Assembly: GCA_043806595.1 (NCBI GenBank)
Contig: JAZDGU010000011.1
Location: 1-39,625 of the forward strand
Source: Candidatus Micrarchaeota archaeon
Lineage (GTDB): Archaea; Micrarchaeota; Micrarchaeia; Norongarragalinales; SBBD01
Direction: 5' to 3'
Length of the DNA: 39,625 nt
The position numbers were made by a program, and so were the translations under genes. Below are positions 8,018 through 17,099 of the stretch, one piece after another. Within the stretch, counting starts at the first letter, position 1. Each line of letters begins with the position of its first letter. The notes beneath the pieces were generated by a model. It saw nothing but the letters and a program-made list of their open reading frames with translations, did not search any database and had not been told where the DNA came from.

Positions 8018-8582
8018 CATAGGTGCGGTGAAGTTCGGCGACTTTACCCTCAAAAGCGGTATGAAGTCGCCGGTCTACCTGGACCTCAGGCTACTGGCAA
8101 GCCATCCCGACGTGCTGCGCGCGGCAGCGCACGAGATCGCGCTCCTGCTCAAAAGCATAGAATTCGACGTGATTGCTGCAGTGCCGTACGCAGCGATACC
8201 CATCGGCACCGCGGTATCCCTCGAGACCGGCAAGCCGCTTGTCTACTCCCGCAAGGAGCCCAAGGACTACGGCACGAGGAAGGCGGTGGAGGGAGACTTC
8301 CGCGCCGGCCAGACTGCAGTCCTGCTTGACGACCTCGTAACCACGGCGAAGAGCAAGTTCGAGGCCGTCACGCCGCTCAAAGCCGCCGGACTTCAAGTGC
8401 GGGACGTGGTGGTACTCATCGACCGCGAGCAGGGTGGCGGCGATGAACTGGCTAAGGCCGGCCTGCGCCTCCATGCCGTGCTTTCGCTTTCCGGCATGCT
8501 TTCAACCCTCCGGGAGGATGGGAGGATTACGGCCGCACAGGAGAAGACTGTCCTTGAATTCATCCGCGTTAACAGAGCTTGA
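7989..8582 (+). CDS. pyrE: orotate phosphoribosyltransferase
   Basis: VKFGDFTLKSGMKSPVYLDLR, RKEPKDYG, PRPP loop LLDDLVTTAKS and LIDREQGG; GTG start after GGAGG. Confidence 0.95.
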   Translation: MKKLEILLHDIGAVKFGDFTLKSGMKSPVYLDLRLLASHPDVLRAAAHEIALLLKSIEFDVIAAVPYAAIPIGTAVSLETGKPLVYSRKEPKDYGTRKAVEGDFRAGQTAVLLDDLVTTAKSKFEAVTPLKAAGLQVRDVVVLIDREQGGGDELAKAGLRLHAVLSLSGMLSTLREDGRITAAQEKTVLEFIRVNRA

Positions 8583-8599
8583 AATCGGTGGAGCCCAGC

Positions 8600-9328
8600 A
8601 TGGAAGAACGTGACGAGGGATTTCTCTCGGAGGACGACCTCCTGATAGCATTCAATTCCGCGGCGCGCATCCTCAACCTGGACGGCTACTTCGTCAAGGC
8701 CCGCTTCCACAACTATGCCGGCCTCAAGAGCACGGTCTACGCCGACGCGAACAAGATTATCAGCGCAAGGGTCTCCGACGGCTTCCGCGGCGCCAGCGAC
8801 GAGGCCGCCCTCGGGCTCGCATTGGAGCTGCTATCGAAGGCCTTCCGCAGGACGGTGCCGAGCTCGGCAACGCGTTTCGTCGACTCCTATGACGAGGCCT
8901 TCGACGGCCAGAGCGCGATGCGCCTCCACGATTCCCTCCGCCGCACCCGCGGGCGCCGGCGAAAAGGCGGAAGCAAGGGCCGCGCCTTCGACCTCGAGCA
9001 GGTTCTGGCCAAAGTGCTCGCCGACTACCCCCTGACCTTCAACGGCCTCGAGCGCCCCTTCATACACTGGAGCCGGGAGAAGAGCCGGCAGAGGCTCGCG
9101 TTCTACGACAGCGCGTTCAACGACATCGTCGTCAGCAGGACCTTCGACCTGCCTACGGTGCCGCAGTACGTCCTCGAATACCTGGTATTCCACGAGCTGC
9201 TGCACGCAAAGCACGACCTCCAGTTCAAGAGGGGCCGCAAGCGCGTCCACCACCCCGCCTTCAAGAGGGACGAGCGGCGCTTCGCGCTCTTTGCGGAGGC
9301 CGACGAGTTCCTCGACCGGTGCACATGA
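8600..9328 (+). CDS. zincin metallopeptidase (YgjP/DUF45/SprT-like)
   Basis: VPQYVLEYLVFHELLH...RVHHPAF. Start is ATG 8600 or TTG 8579. Confidence 0.8.
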   Translation: MEERDEGFLSEDDLLIAFNSAARILNLDGYFVKARFHNYAGLKSTVYADANKIISARVSDGFRGASDEAALGLALELLSKAFRRTVPSSATRFVDSYDEAFDGQSAMRLHDSLRRTRGRRRKGGSKGRAFDLEQVLAKVLADYPLTFNGLERPFIHWSREKSRQRLAFYDSAFNDIVVSRTFDLPTVPQYVLEYLVFHELLHAKHDLQFKRGRKRVHHPAFKRDERRFALFAEADEFLDRCT

Positions 9329-9552
9329 ACTGCCGTTGTCCGATTTCCGACCCATTGTCGGAAAAACGGGTTTGCGTCACAAAAAGGTAAACCAATAAAT
9401 ACCCCGGCGGGCCTCCGCTATCCGAAGGCAAGTAAACCCAACGTGGTGCGGGGGAACGGGGGAGGAAAGGAACGTTAGCTTTAATGGAGGCAATTCCACA
9501 AACTTGTTCCTCCTCCCTTCAATCCCCCCTGACTTTTTCGAGGCAATTGTTC

Positions 9553-9729
9553 ATGGAAGCTTACGCCGGCGGCTTTCGGATCGACCTTGTGCAGGCCGCC
9601 TCGGCCGCGCTTTTCCTTGCCGGCCTGTATTTCCTCTCCGTAGGCCAGTGGGCCGAGGGCGTCGCCTCTGTCGTCGCATGCGTCGCCGCCTTCACATTCT
9701 CCAACCTCTGGTCGCGCTTCGAGGACTGA
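9553..9729 (+). CDS. small two-TM membrane protein
   Basis: MEAYAGGFRIDLVQAASAALFLAGLYFLSVGQWAEGVASVVACVAAFTFSNLWSRFED; coding-like codons begin at ATG 9553. Confidence 0.6.
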   Translation: MEAYAGGFRIDLVQAASAALFLAGLYFLSVGQWAEGVASVVACVAAFTFSNLWSRFED

Positions 9730-9740
9730 CTCGCGGCGCA

Positions 9741-10793
9741 CTAGTATTTCGTCCTATAGCGCAGCAGCGCGGCTATCTGGAAGGCCGAGAATTCCCTTCC
9801 GGCGTCGTCCTCCGAGTTGAAGATGAGGACTCCGGCGCCGAGCCTTTCGGCCTGCTCCAGCAGCGGGTTTAGGCTCTTGTCCGAGCGCAGAAGCACGTCG
9901 GACACCAAAAGCCTCTCCGCCGCGCCGGCTGACACCGCCTCCCTCGCCTCCTGGATCCCGTAGACGGCCATTCCGTCCGCCCTGCCGAGGCTCTTCTTGA
10001 GGGCTTCGAGGGCGGTGAACTCCTCCTGCAGCTTCTGGCCCTCGGCGGCCTTGTGCAGCGCTCCTGTCTTTAGCAGCTCGTAGACCGCGGTTTTTTCGGC
10101 GGAGCTGGCGTGCCCAAACCATGCCTTCTTCACGAGCCTCGGGTCCCTCTCCTCGGCGAACTTCCGGAACTCCTCCTTGGTAAATCCCGGGCCGGCGATG
10201 ATGATGCTGTCAAGGGCCTTCTCCTGCAGGCCCGCGAGGATTTCCGCGAAGTACGCCTTCTGCTGCTCCGCGAACCTCTTGGGCTCCCTCTTGTTCGCCT
10301 CGTTTTCCAGTTCGTAGAGGAACTTGATGCCGTTCTGCCTCAGCTCGCAGAAGAGCGCCTGCCTGTCGTCCATGACGACGATGAGCGCCTTCGGCTGCTT
10401 TGCCCTCCTTTTAGCCTCCTCGAGGAGCTTGCGGTGGTATATGCTGAACTCCTTGAACAGCTTGAACCGCGTTCCCAGCTCGATGTCGACGGTGTGGAAC
10501 TGGCCCAATGGCGCGTATTCCGCCGGCGACGCCTCCAGTATCTTCCCGGTGACCCGCAGCTTGTTGGCCGCCTCCGCAATCTCGGCCTGCGAGACTTCGA
10601 GCAGCAGCCGCACCAGCTTCTTCTCGCCGCTGTCCGCTCTCTGCAAGTCGAGCGCCTTGACCCTCCGAAACGACGTGCCCTCGAACCTGTCCCCCGGCTC
10701 TATCAGGCGGGAGAGCAGCCACAGGTCCTCGAGCGTCTCCGCCTCGGCGCGCAGCTCGCCCTCCCTGCCTTCCGCAAACCTGTGTATTCTCAT
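9741..10793 (-). CDS. pelA: mRNA surveillance protein pelota (aDom34)
   Basis: ETLEDLWLLSRLIEPGD, LRVTGKI, GQFHTVDI, IIAGPGFTK and IAALLRY; start ATG 10793. Confidence 0.95.
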   Translation of the reverse strand: MRIHRFAEGREGELRAEAETLEDLWLLSRLIEPGDRFEGTSFRRVKALDLQRADSGEKKLVRLLLEVSQAEIAEAANKLRVTGKILEASPAEYAPLGQFHTVDIELGTRFKLFKEFSIYHRKLLEEAKRRAKQPKALIVVMDDRQALFCELRQNGIKFLYELENEANKREPKRFAEQQKAYFAEILAGLQEKALDSIIIAGPGFTKEEFRKFAEERDPRLVKKAWFGHASSAEKTAVYELLKTGALHKAAEGQKLQEEFTALEALKKSLGRADGMAVYGIQEAREAVSAGAAERLLVSDVLLRSDKSLNPLLEQAERLGAGVLIFNSEDDAGREFSAFQIAALLRYRTKY

Positions 10794-10885
10794 GGTAGTC
10801 TTGTTCGCCGCCGAGTTTTTTAAGGAGGTTTGGAGCGCACAGCAATCTTTATATATCGCCCGAGTGTTACGCATGAGGTGAGCCG

Positions 10886-11290
10886 ATGTACCGCGTATTA
10901 TGGTTCAAAATCGGAGGGCAGCGAATACACCTGCTGAAGCTTGCAGGCGCTTTCATGATTTCCGCCGGTCTGCTCAAGGTCGCCGAGGCGGCGTACAACA
11001 TCTTCATCGTTGCGAATAAGATCGTCTACGCGCAGCTGGACCCGAGGCTCATCCCCCAGCTGTTCGGCTGGGCCATCGGCGCGCCGTACGAGTTCAGCAA
11101 CCAGGACATCATCGGCGTGATGATGGGCCCGCTGGCATCCTTCGTGTTCTGGCTCGGCATCGCCACTTTCGCGCTCATGGTCTACCAGAGCGGCAAGATA
11201 GTGTTCCCGATAGAGGAATACGAGCAGAAGATCAGCAGCCACCACCGCGAGCTCATACGCAAGGCAGTAGCGCACAGGAAGAAGCGCTAG
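10886..11290 (+). CDS. hypothetical membrane protein (2 TM)
   Basis: SD GAGGTGA before the ATG; two hydrophobic segments; basic tail. Confidence 0.75.
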   Translation: MYRVLWFKIGGQRIHLLKLAGAFMISAGLLKVAEAAYNIFIVANKIVYAQLDPRLIPQLFGWAIGAPYEFSNQDIIGVMMGPLASFVFWLGIATFALMVYQSGKIVFPIEEYEQKISSHHRELIRKAVAHRKKR

Positions 11291-11370
11291 GCCCCTGCTT
11301 TTTCTCCACCGCATAGCGCCAGCACTCCCGAAACCCATACCAATAATAACGCCGGCCTGCTGATCGTTTC

Positions 11371-12351
11371 ATGCCAAGCAAGCCAGTCGCCGCGTCCAAG
11401 CCGCAAATTGCGCCAGCGCCCAGGCCGCTGGGCTTCGGGCGCATGCTGCTCCTCATCGCGGCCATCGCGTTCCTTTCCATAATCGCAATCTCTCTGCTCG
11501 CCCCGGCAATCGGGGCCTCCGGCGCGCAATGCATCGGCCGCGTGCGGATCTACGGGGAAATAACCTACGAAGGCACCGGCGGCGTGTTCGGCGGCGGCCT
11601 GCCTCCCGCAGAGGAGATTGCCATGCAGATCCGCCAGGCCGACAGGGACGAGCGCGTCGGGGCCATCCTCCTCGACATCGACTCGCCAGGCGGCACGCCA
11701 GTTGCCAGCAAGGAGCTCTTCGACGCGGTGCGTTCCGCAAAGAAGCCCGTTGTCTCGTATTTCGCGGAAACGGCGGCCTCGGGCGCATACTACGTCGGGG
11801 CCGCGTCGGACCACGTCATTGCAAATCCCAACACGCTGACCGGCAGCATCGGAGCGCGCCTGACGCTCCTGAACTACGAGGGCCTTTTCGAGAAGCTCGG
11901 GCTGCGCGAGGAGAGCGTGCAGAGCGGGGCGCTCAAGGACATCGGCGCGAGCTACAGGAACGCAACCCCCTTGGAGCGCGAGCTCCTCGGCAGGCTCATC
12001 AACGAGACCGCATCCAATTTCATAACCGACGTGCGCGAGGGCAGGAAGGGCAAGCTGACCCCGCTCTTCGAGGAGCTGCTGGACGCGAGGGTAGTCGGCG
12101 CGAAGGACGCGCTGCGCGCAGGCCTTATTGACGAAATCGGCGGCATCAGCGACGCCAAGCGCAAGGCAGCGGAGCTGGCAAAAATCGACTTGAACGGCTC
12201 GCCCCTGGACGATATCGAGTACTGCGAGTACCAGAAGCGGCGCAGCCTCTGGGACGCCCTCGCGGGCATGTCCTCGGACCTCGGCGCGTCTTTCGCCCGC
12301 GGCTTTCGGTCCGAGCTGGCAAAGACTCAGTCCGTAATCCAGTACCGCTAG
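11371..12351 (+). CDS. sppA: signal peptide peptidase SppA (S49)
   Basis: LDIDSPGG, AASGAYY, TLTGSIG, SGALKD and GLIDEIG; N-terminal TM. Confidence 0.93.
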   Translation: MPSKPVAASKPQIAPAPRPLGFGRMLLLIAAIAFLSIIAISLLAPAIGASGAQCIGRVRIYGEITYEGTGGVFGGGLPPAEEIAMQIRQADRDERVGAILLDIDSPGGTPVASKELFDAVRSAKKPVVSYFAETAASGAYYVGAASDHVIANPNTLTGSIGARLTLLNYEGLFEKLGLREESVQSGALKDIGASYRNATPLERELLGRLINETASNFITDVREGRKGKLTPLFEELLDARVVGAKDALRAGLIDEIGGISDAKRKAAELAKIDLNGSPLDDIEYCEYQKRRSLWDALAGMSSDLGASFARGFRSELAKTQSVIQYR

Positions 12352-12359
12352 GGACAGCC

Positions 12360-13361
12360 CTACTTTGTGCGCCTGCGGTGTAAGTACTCCCATACCGCGC
12401 GGTTGACGTACGCCCTCGCCTCCGGCGCGCGGGAGAGGTCGGTCACGGTCAGCACGACGGACACCTCCGCGGTCTTCTCCCGGATTTTGTCCACGGAAAC
12501 AGAGACCTGTGGGTCCGCCAGCCATTCCGGCGCGTCTTTCTTCAACTTGTCCTTCACGAACTCCTGCAAATCGTCGGGCTTCTCGGCAAGCGGGATATCG
12601 GCGCCGGCGCCGATTTTTGCCGGTTTGCCCTTCTCGCCCATTATCGTCACCCTCTGCCGGGCGAACTCGGAATTCGAGAGCACCACATCATTACCGTCGA
12701 GGTCGGTGAACTGCGAGGACCGGATGCCGATCTTTCCCAGCCTCACCACGTCGCCGCCCACGAACCTGAAGTAGTCGCCGTAGCGCACCTGCCTGTCCAG
12801 CTGGAGCGCCATCCCGGCGAAGAAGTTCGCGAGCGTCTCCTGGGACGCCAGCCCGAGGATCAGCGCGGCGATGCTCGTCACGGCGAAGATGCCCGTCAGG
12901 TCCAGTCCCACCGTGCCGAGAGCCAGGGTGATGCCGATGAAGAGGATCACCACCTTCGAGACCTTGCGCACGAACGGCAAAAGCGATACGTCGAGCGCGC
13001 GGGAGTGCCGTTTTACCCCCTCGTCGTAGTACCATCGCAGGAAGGCCCCCACGAGGCTGGACGCAAGGAAGGCGGCGAGCAGGATGCCGAGCGCGAGGCT
13101 GTACCTTGCGATCAAGTCGCCCACGCCGGTAATCCTCGACATGTACCCGGAGAGCACGTACGTGAAGAGCACTACGCTCCCGATTTCCAGCGGCTGCTCG
13201 CATGCGGCGACAAGCCTGTCGTCAAGCGTTACACGCGTGCGGCTGGTGAACGCCTTGGCCACGCGGAAGAATATCTCGTAGGCGATCCTGCCGAGGAAGA
13301 ACGACGCCCCAATGGCCAGCATCAGCTCGAGCACGGAAAACGCCTGGTACGGGAGGTCCAT
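12360..13361 (-). CDS. mscS: small-conductance mechanosensitive channel (MscS family)
   Basis: ALILGLASQETLANFFAG, GDYF and IGIRSS...VVLSNS. Confidence 0.9.
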   Translation of the reverse strand: MDLPYQAFSVLELMLAIGASFFLGRIAYEIFFRVAKAFTSRTRVTLDDRLVAACEQPLEIGSVVLFTYVLSGYMSRITGVGDLIARYSLALGILLAAFLASSLVGAFLRWYYDEGVKRHSRALDVSLLPFVRKVSKVVILFIGITLALGTVGLDLTGIFAVTSIAALILGLASQETLANFFAGMALQLDRQVRYGDYFRFVGGDVVRLGKIGIRSSQFTDLDGNDVVLSNSEFARQRVTIMGEKGKPAKIGAGADIPLAEKPDDLQEFVKDKLKKDAPEWLADPQVSVSVDKIREKTAEVSVVLTVTDLSRAPEARAYVNRAVWEYLHRRRTK

Positions 13362-13404
13362 GCAGGTGGCTACGGAAAACGGGTTAATATGCGTTTTGAG
13401 CGGG

Positions 13405-14262
13405 CTAGCCCTTCTTCTTCGAGGGCCTGGGCTTGCGCGCGCTCAGGCTGTAGACCTCCTCTATCCTATTGCGGTGCTGCGACAGCCTCTTCGCCAGCAC
13501 CTTCCTCGCGCTGCCCTTGTACACTTCCTCGGTTCGCCTGGCGTTCCTGCGCAGCCTCTTGCTGAGGTTGGTCAGCCGCCTTCCCAGCGCGTTCACCTTC
13601 GTGCCGTTGTCGATGACCAGGTTCATTACCCGCTCGGGGTCGGCCTCCCGCGCCAGCTTTTCCACGCGTTCGCTTAAGGTGTCAATCTTCTTCTCCATGT
13701 CCGAGGCCCTGCCGACCTTTTCGGCGAGCGCCTCCTGGGCCTGCGTCATGTCCTCTAGCCTCTCCTTCGCCTGCGCGACCAGCTTCTCGGCCGCCTTGTC
13801 CGGCGCAGCGGAATCGCCCACCTTCTCGAGCTCGTCGCGTAGCTCGCGGATCTGGCGGTGCAGGCTGTCGTCCGCCTGCTCGAAGGCCGCATGCTTTCTC
13901 GCCTGTTCGGCGTAAAGCTGGTCCATCTTCTCCGAGAGGCTCTTCTCGGCGCGCCTTATGTCCTCGTCGAAGTGCTCTACGGCAGAAGTGTCCGGGGCGT
14001 GCGTGATGATCAGCGGGGTCTTGCCGCCGTCGGTGGCCTTCGCCCCCTCGGCGAAGCCCTCGTCGTAAACGCGCTTCTTAACAGTCTCGAACTCCTCAAT
14101 GATGTCTTTGGTCAGCGTGTGCACGAGGTCCTTGAACTCGTCGTCCGTCATCTTCTCGTGCTCGTGCAGCTTGTGGCTGCCGACGGCATGGTCCAAGCCC
14201 TCGTCGATTTCGATCAGGCTCTTCTTCACCGTGTCCTTTGTTTCGTGCTTCATTTCGACCAC
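13405..14262 (-). CDS. hypothetical soluble coiled-coil protein with basic C-terminus
   Basis: GTG start 3 nt after the upstream stop; E/K/A-rich heptads; K/R-rich final 60 aa. Confidence 0.75.
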   Translation of the reverse strand: MVEMKHETKDTVKKSLIEIDEGLDHAVGSHKLHEHEKMTDDEFKDLVHTLTKDIIEEFETVKKRVYDEGFAEGAKATDGGKTPLIITHAPDTSAVEHFDEDIRRAEKSLSEKMDQLYAEQARKHAAFEQADDSLHRQIRELRDELEKVGDSAAPDKAAEKLVAQAKERLEDMTQAQEALAEKVGRASDMEKKIDTLSERVEKLAREADPERVMNLVIDNGTKVNALGRRLTNLSKRLRRNARRTEEVYKGSARKVLAKRLSQHRNRIEEVYSLSARKPRPSKKKG

Positions 14263-14265
14263 CGC

Positions 14266-15966
14266 CTATTTTCCGGCCTCGTGCCTGATGTTGTGCAGCC
14301 TGCCTGCGAAATCCCTCCTAAACGCGTGCTCCCCTGGGTGTTCCCCGGTCTCGCTCCCTGCATCGCGGACGAGGCTCTCCAGGTGCTCGCGCTCGACCTC
14401 CTTCACGTCGCGCCCGATGCGCGTCACCATGATTATAACGATAAGCGCGAGCAGCACAATTATCGCGATGAACAGCATGTTCTGCGAGGACGATAGCGTC
14501 AGGAACCCGGTCAGCCCGGCCGCCGCCCCCTTCGTCTTCGGGAGCATTTGCCTCGCGATCACCTTTTCGCCCTGCTTGACCAGCAGCACGGGCTCCGCCT
14601 CCTCCTCGGAAGCCTGCCTGATGCCCACCTTCACGGTCGCGCTCCTGCCCGCCAGGATGTCGACCGATTCCGGCACGGTCGCCTCCCAGCCCTGCGGAAG
14701 CCCCTGAACCTCGAAAGTCAGGTTCTTCAGGTCGAAGTCCTGGCCGTTCTGGATCTCAACGTCGTAGAACACCGAGCCGCCGCTCTCCACCCCGCCGCCG
14801 GCCTTCACCCCTGGCGCGGATTCGACGGCCTTCCTCTTGAGCGCCACCCTCGCCCTCGCCTCGGACTTCTCGCCCTCGGCGATGATCTCGAGAGTCGCGG
14901 TCTCGGCCTTGAGCGCGCCCGGGCTGAACGTGATGTCTATAATCCTGCTCTCGCCGGGCTCGAGCCAGAAGCCCTGCGGTTCCACTTCCACCCCGCCGGG
15001 CATGCCGAGAAGCGTTATGCTGTAGCCTTCCCTGTCGGTGCCGCCGTTCGAGATTTCGGCCTGCACCACGGTGTCGCGGGCCGGGTTGATTTCAGCAGAG
15101 GCCGGTGCTTTGACCCCGCTTTCATGTATATCCTCGATTTCGACGCAGAGGTCCCGCTCACCGATGACGTCCGCTCCGTGCAGCAGTTGCAGTGACACGA
15201 AGTGCCTGCCCTCCTCGGCCCCGGGCTCCGCCTTGGCGTAGACCTTCAGGTCCTGGGAGCCGCTGCGGGCGATTGAGATGTACTCGCGGTTGGCGTAGGC
15301 CTCCAACTGCGTTCCCGAACCGACGACGCGCACGTCGAAGCTTCCCGAGGCGCCGCGGTTGCGCACGTCGAACCCGACTTCCGCAACGCCGCCGCGTATG
15401 AATCCAGTGCACGCCTCCCCGCCGACAAGCCTGAGCGCGTAGGTGGTGGCATCAAATGACGCGGTGTCCACGATCTTGCTCTGGGGCTTCGGCTCGACGA
15501 CGTAGCAGCCAGTCGCGCCGCAGGCATAGGATGGAACATAATTGTCGCCGGCCGCGAACCCCTCGATGTAGTTTTCACAAGTCCTTGCCGGCGTGACCGA
15601 CACCCTTATCTTCCTCACTCCGGTTTCGCACTTCTCAGCAGTGCACACCTGCGCGCGGGCGTACACGTATTCGTCGCCGCGGAAGCAGTCCGGCGCGGTA
15701 ACCCGCAGGAGCGCCCCCGACGTCGCGCCCTTGCGGAGAAGCGTGGTGTACGGCTCGTAGTACGCATTCAGGTGGTCGCTCGTGGCCGAAAAGCGCACCG
15801 TCGCATCCCCGGCAAACGGGTTCTTGGCGTAGACGAAGACCTGCGCTTCCGTACTGGTAATATAGGCGGCGTCAGCAGACGACATCACCTCCAGCGATGC
15901 GGCGCTTGCAGCCAGAAGCATGACGATGAGCAGGCTCAGAAACAGGTTGACGGCATCGAACCTCAT
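14266..15966 (-). CDS. secreted, C-terminally anchored surface protein with Ig-like (NEW3/COG1470-like) repeats
   Basis: Signal peptide; repeated VxNxG beta-sandwich motifs (VRNRGASG, ISNGGT, IQNGQ..GLPQGW); C-terminal TM. Confidence 0.8.
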   Translation of the reverse strand: MRFDAVNLFLSLLIVMLLAASAASLEVMSSADAAYITSTEAQVFVYAKNPFAGDATVRFSATSDHLNAYYEPYTTLLRKGATSGALLRVTAPDCFRGDEYVYARAQVCTAEKCETGVRKIRVSVTPARTCENYIEGFAAGDNYVPSYACGATGCYVVEPKPQSKIVDTASFDATTYALRLVGGEACTGFIRGGVAEVGFDVRNRGASGSFDVRVVGSGTQLEAYANREYISIARSGSQDLKVYAKAEPGAEEGRHFVSLQLLHGADVIGERDLCVEIEDIHESGVKAPASAEINPARDTVVQAEISNGGTDREGYSITLLGMPGGVEVEPQGFWLEPGESRIIDITFSPGALKAETATLEIIAEGEKSEARARVALKRKAVESAPGVKAGGGVESGGSVFYDVEIQNGQDFDLKNLTFEVQGLPQGWEATVPESVDILAGRSATVKVGIRQASEEEAEPVLLVKQGEKVIARQMLPKTKGAAAGLTGFLTLSSSQNMLFIAIIVLLALIVIIMVTRIGRDVKEVEREHLESLVRDAGSETGEHPGEHAFRRDFAGRLHNIRHEAGK

Positions 15967-15979
15967 CCAACCACCTTGA

Positions 15980-16048
15980 TAACTACTGTGCAGTTACAAT
16001 ATGTCGGTTCATCTATTTAAACATTTGCTTTGTTACTATCGTCTAGTA
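15980..16048. promoter_or_regulatory. two palindromic ACT-N7-AGT candidate operator sites among divergent TATA boxes
   Basis: TAACT-N7-AGTTA at 15980-15996 and TACTA-N5-TAGTA at 16034-16048. TATA-like TATTTAAA 16014-16021 and TTTAAATA 16055-16062. Confidence 0.45.
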
Positions 16049-16172
16049 GATACATTTAAATATTGGTTCGTGGATAATACTTTCGGCGAACAGAGGCATA
16101 TCCATGGTCGATCCGCAGCCGCAACCCAAAGAAAACCTTATAAACCACTCCGGGGTAGCAAATAACGATCCC

Positions 16173-16952
16173 ATGCATCAGGAACTGCTTGGCCGCCTTC
16201 GCGAGATGGGCCTGAACCATTACGAGGCACAGGCGTACCTCGCCCTCTCCCTGCACGGCGTCGATACCGCGGGCGACATCGCCGAGGTCGGCAAGATTGC
16301 GCGCCCGCGCGTCTACGACGTCCTCTCGAAGCTCCAGGAGAAGGGCTTCGTCGCGCTCAAGTCCGGCCGGCCGGCGAAATACAGCGCCCTGCCGTTGCCC
16401 GAGGCCATGTCTACCCTCAAGAAGCGCAAGCAGGAGCAGCTGAAGGAGGAGTTGGTCCGCATCGACGAGCTCGGCAAGCTCCTGCAGTCCAAGCTCCATT
16501 CCGGCTCCGGCTCAAAGAAATACGGCATCGAGGAGAACGTTTGGACGCTCAAGGGCAGGGATGCGATATATTCCCGCATCGCCGAGATGCTCAGCAACGC
16601 CAAAAGCCACGTAGTCGTCAACTCGACACCCGAGGGCATCCTCCGCAAGGTCAACGAGAACCTCGGCCATTTCGAGAAGGCCAAGGGCCGCGGCGTCAAG
16701 CTCCACTTCGTGACCGACATGGGCAAGTTCGAGAACAGGCGCACGGCCTTCCACTCGCCCAATTCTCACGTTTCCCGGCTCGCGACGCAGCTGCTCGACA
16801 AGCACGTGCCGACGCGCATGGTGCTCGCCGACGACGAGGCCATGATATTCCTCACGCCCACGGGCGCGCCCGCGGAGGAGGAGGTCGGGCTGTGGGTCAA
16901 GAACCCGCACCTCGCGAGCACGCTCAAGGGAATCCTTTCCCCAACGCAATGA
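16173..16952 (+). CDS. TrmB-family transcriptional regulator
   Basis: LREMGLNHYEAQAYLAL...IARPRVYDVLSKLQEKGFV...GRPAKYSALP, then an effector domain (NVWTLKGR, AKGRGVKL). CCTTATAAA at about 16136-16144 favours ATG 16173 over 16104. Confidence 0.92.
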   Translation: MHQELLGRLREMGLNHYEAQAYLALSLHGVDTAGDIAEVGKIARPRVYDVLSKLQEKGFVALKSGRPAKYSALPLPEAMSTLKKRKQEQLKEELVRIDELGKLLQSKLHSGSGSKKYGIEENVWTLKGRDAIYSRIAEMLSNAKSHVVVNSTPEGILRKVNENLGHFEKAKGRGVKLHFVTDMGKFENRRTAFHSPNSHVSRLATQLLDKHVPTRMVLADDEAMIFLTPTGAPAEEEVGLWVKNPHLASTLKGILSPTQ

Positions 16953-16971
16953 CCTCTCCAGCTGATGCAAC

Positions 16972-17088
16972 ATGGCATTGCACCGCGTTGTCCCCTCGCT
17001 CGGCGCGGGGATGACTGCCTTCGACACATGGCTCTTCAGGGTCGTAATCTTCGCAGCCCTGCTGGCATACCTCTCCCAAGGCGCCTGA
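16972..17088 (+). CDS. putative 38-aa membrane microprotein (absent from ORF track)
   Basis: MALHRVVPSLGAGMTAFDTWLFRVVIFAALLAYLSQGA*; it fills the trmB-fibrillarin gap and is followed by TTTT. Confidence 0.4.
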   Translation: MALHRVVPSLGAGMTAFDTWLFRVVIFAALLAYLSQGA

Positions 17089-17099
17089 TTTTATTAGTG

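Noticed and set aside
9428..9473. RNase P-like words (GAGGAAAG, GTAAACCC)
   Set aside because: Wrong order, no GAGGAAAGUCC and no 3' P4 partner; the region is too short.
17076..17084. CCAAGGCGC, an exact complement of the tRNA-intron D' guide, near the fibrillarin gene end
   Set aside because: A GC-rich 9-mer is likely by chance in 40 kb, and it is on the strand opposite the fibrillarin mRNA.
16960..17090. Possible C/D sRNA next to fibrillarin (GATGA ... CTGA)
   Set aside because: Boxes are degenerate, spacing is too long, and there is no D'/C' pair.
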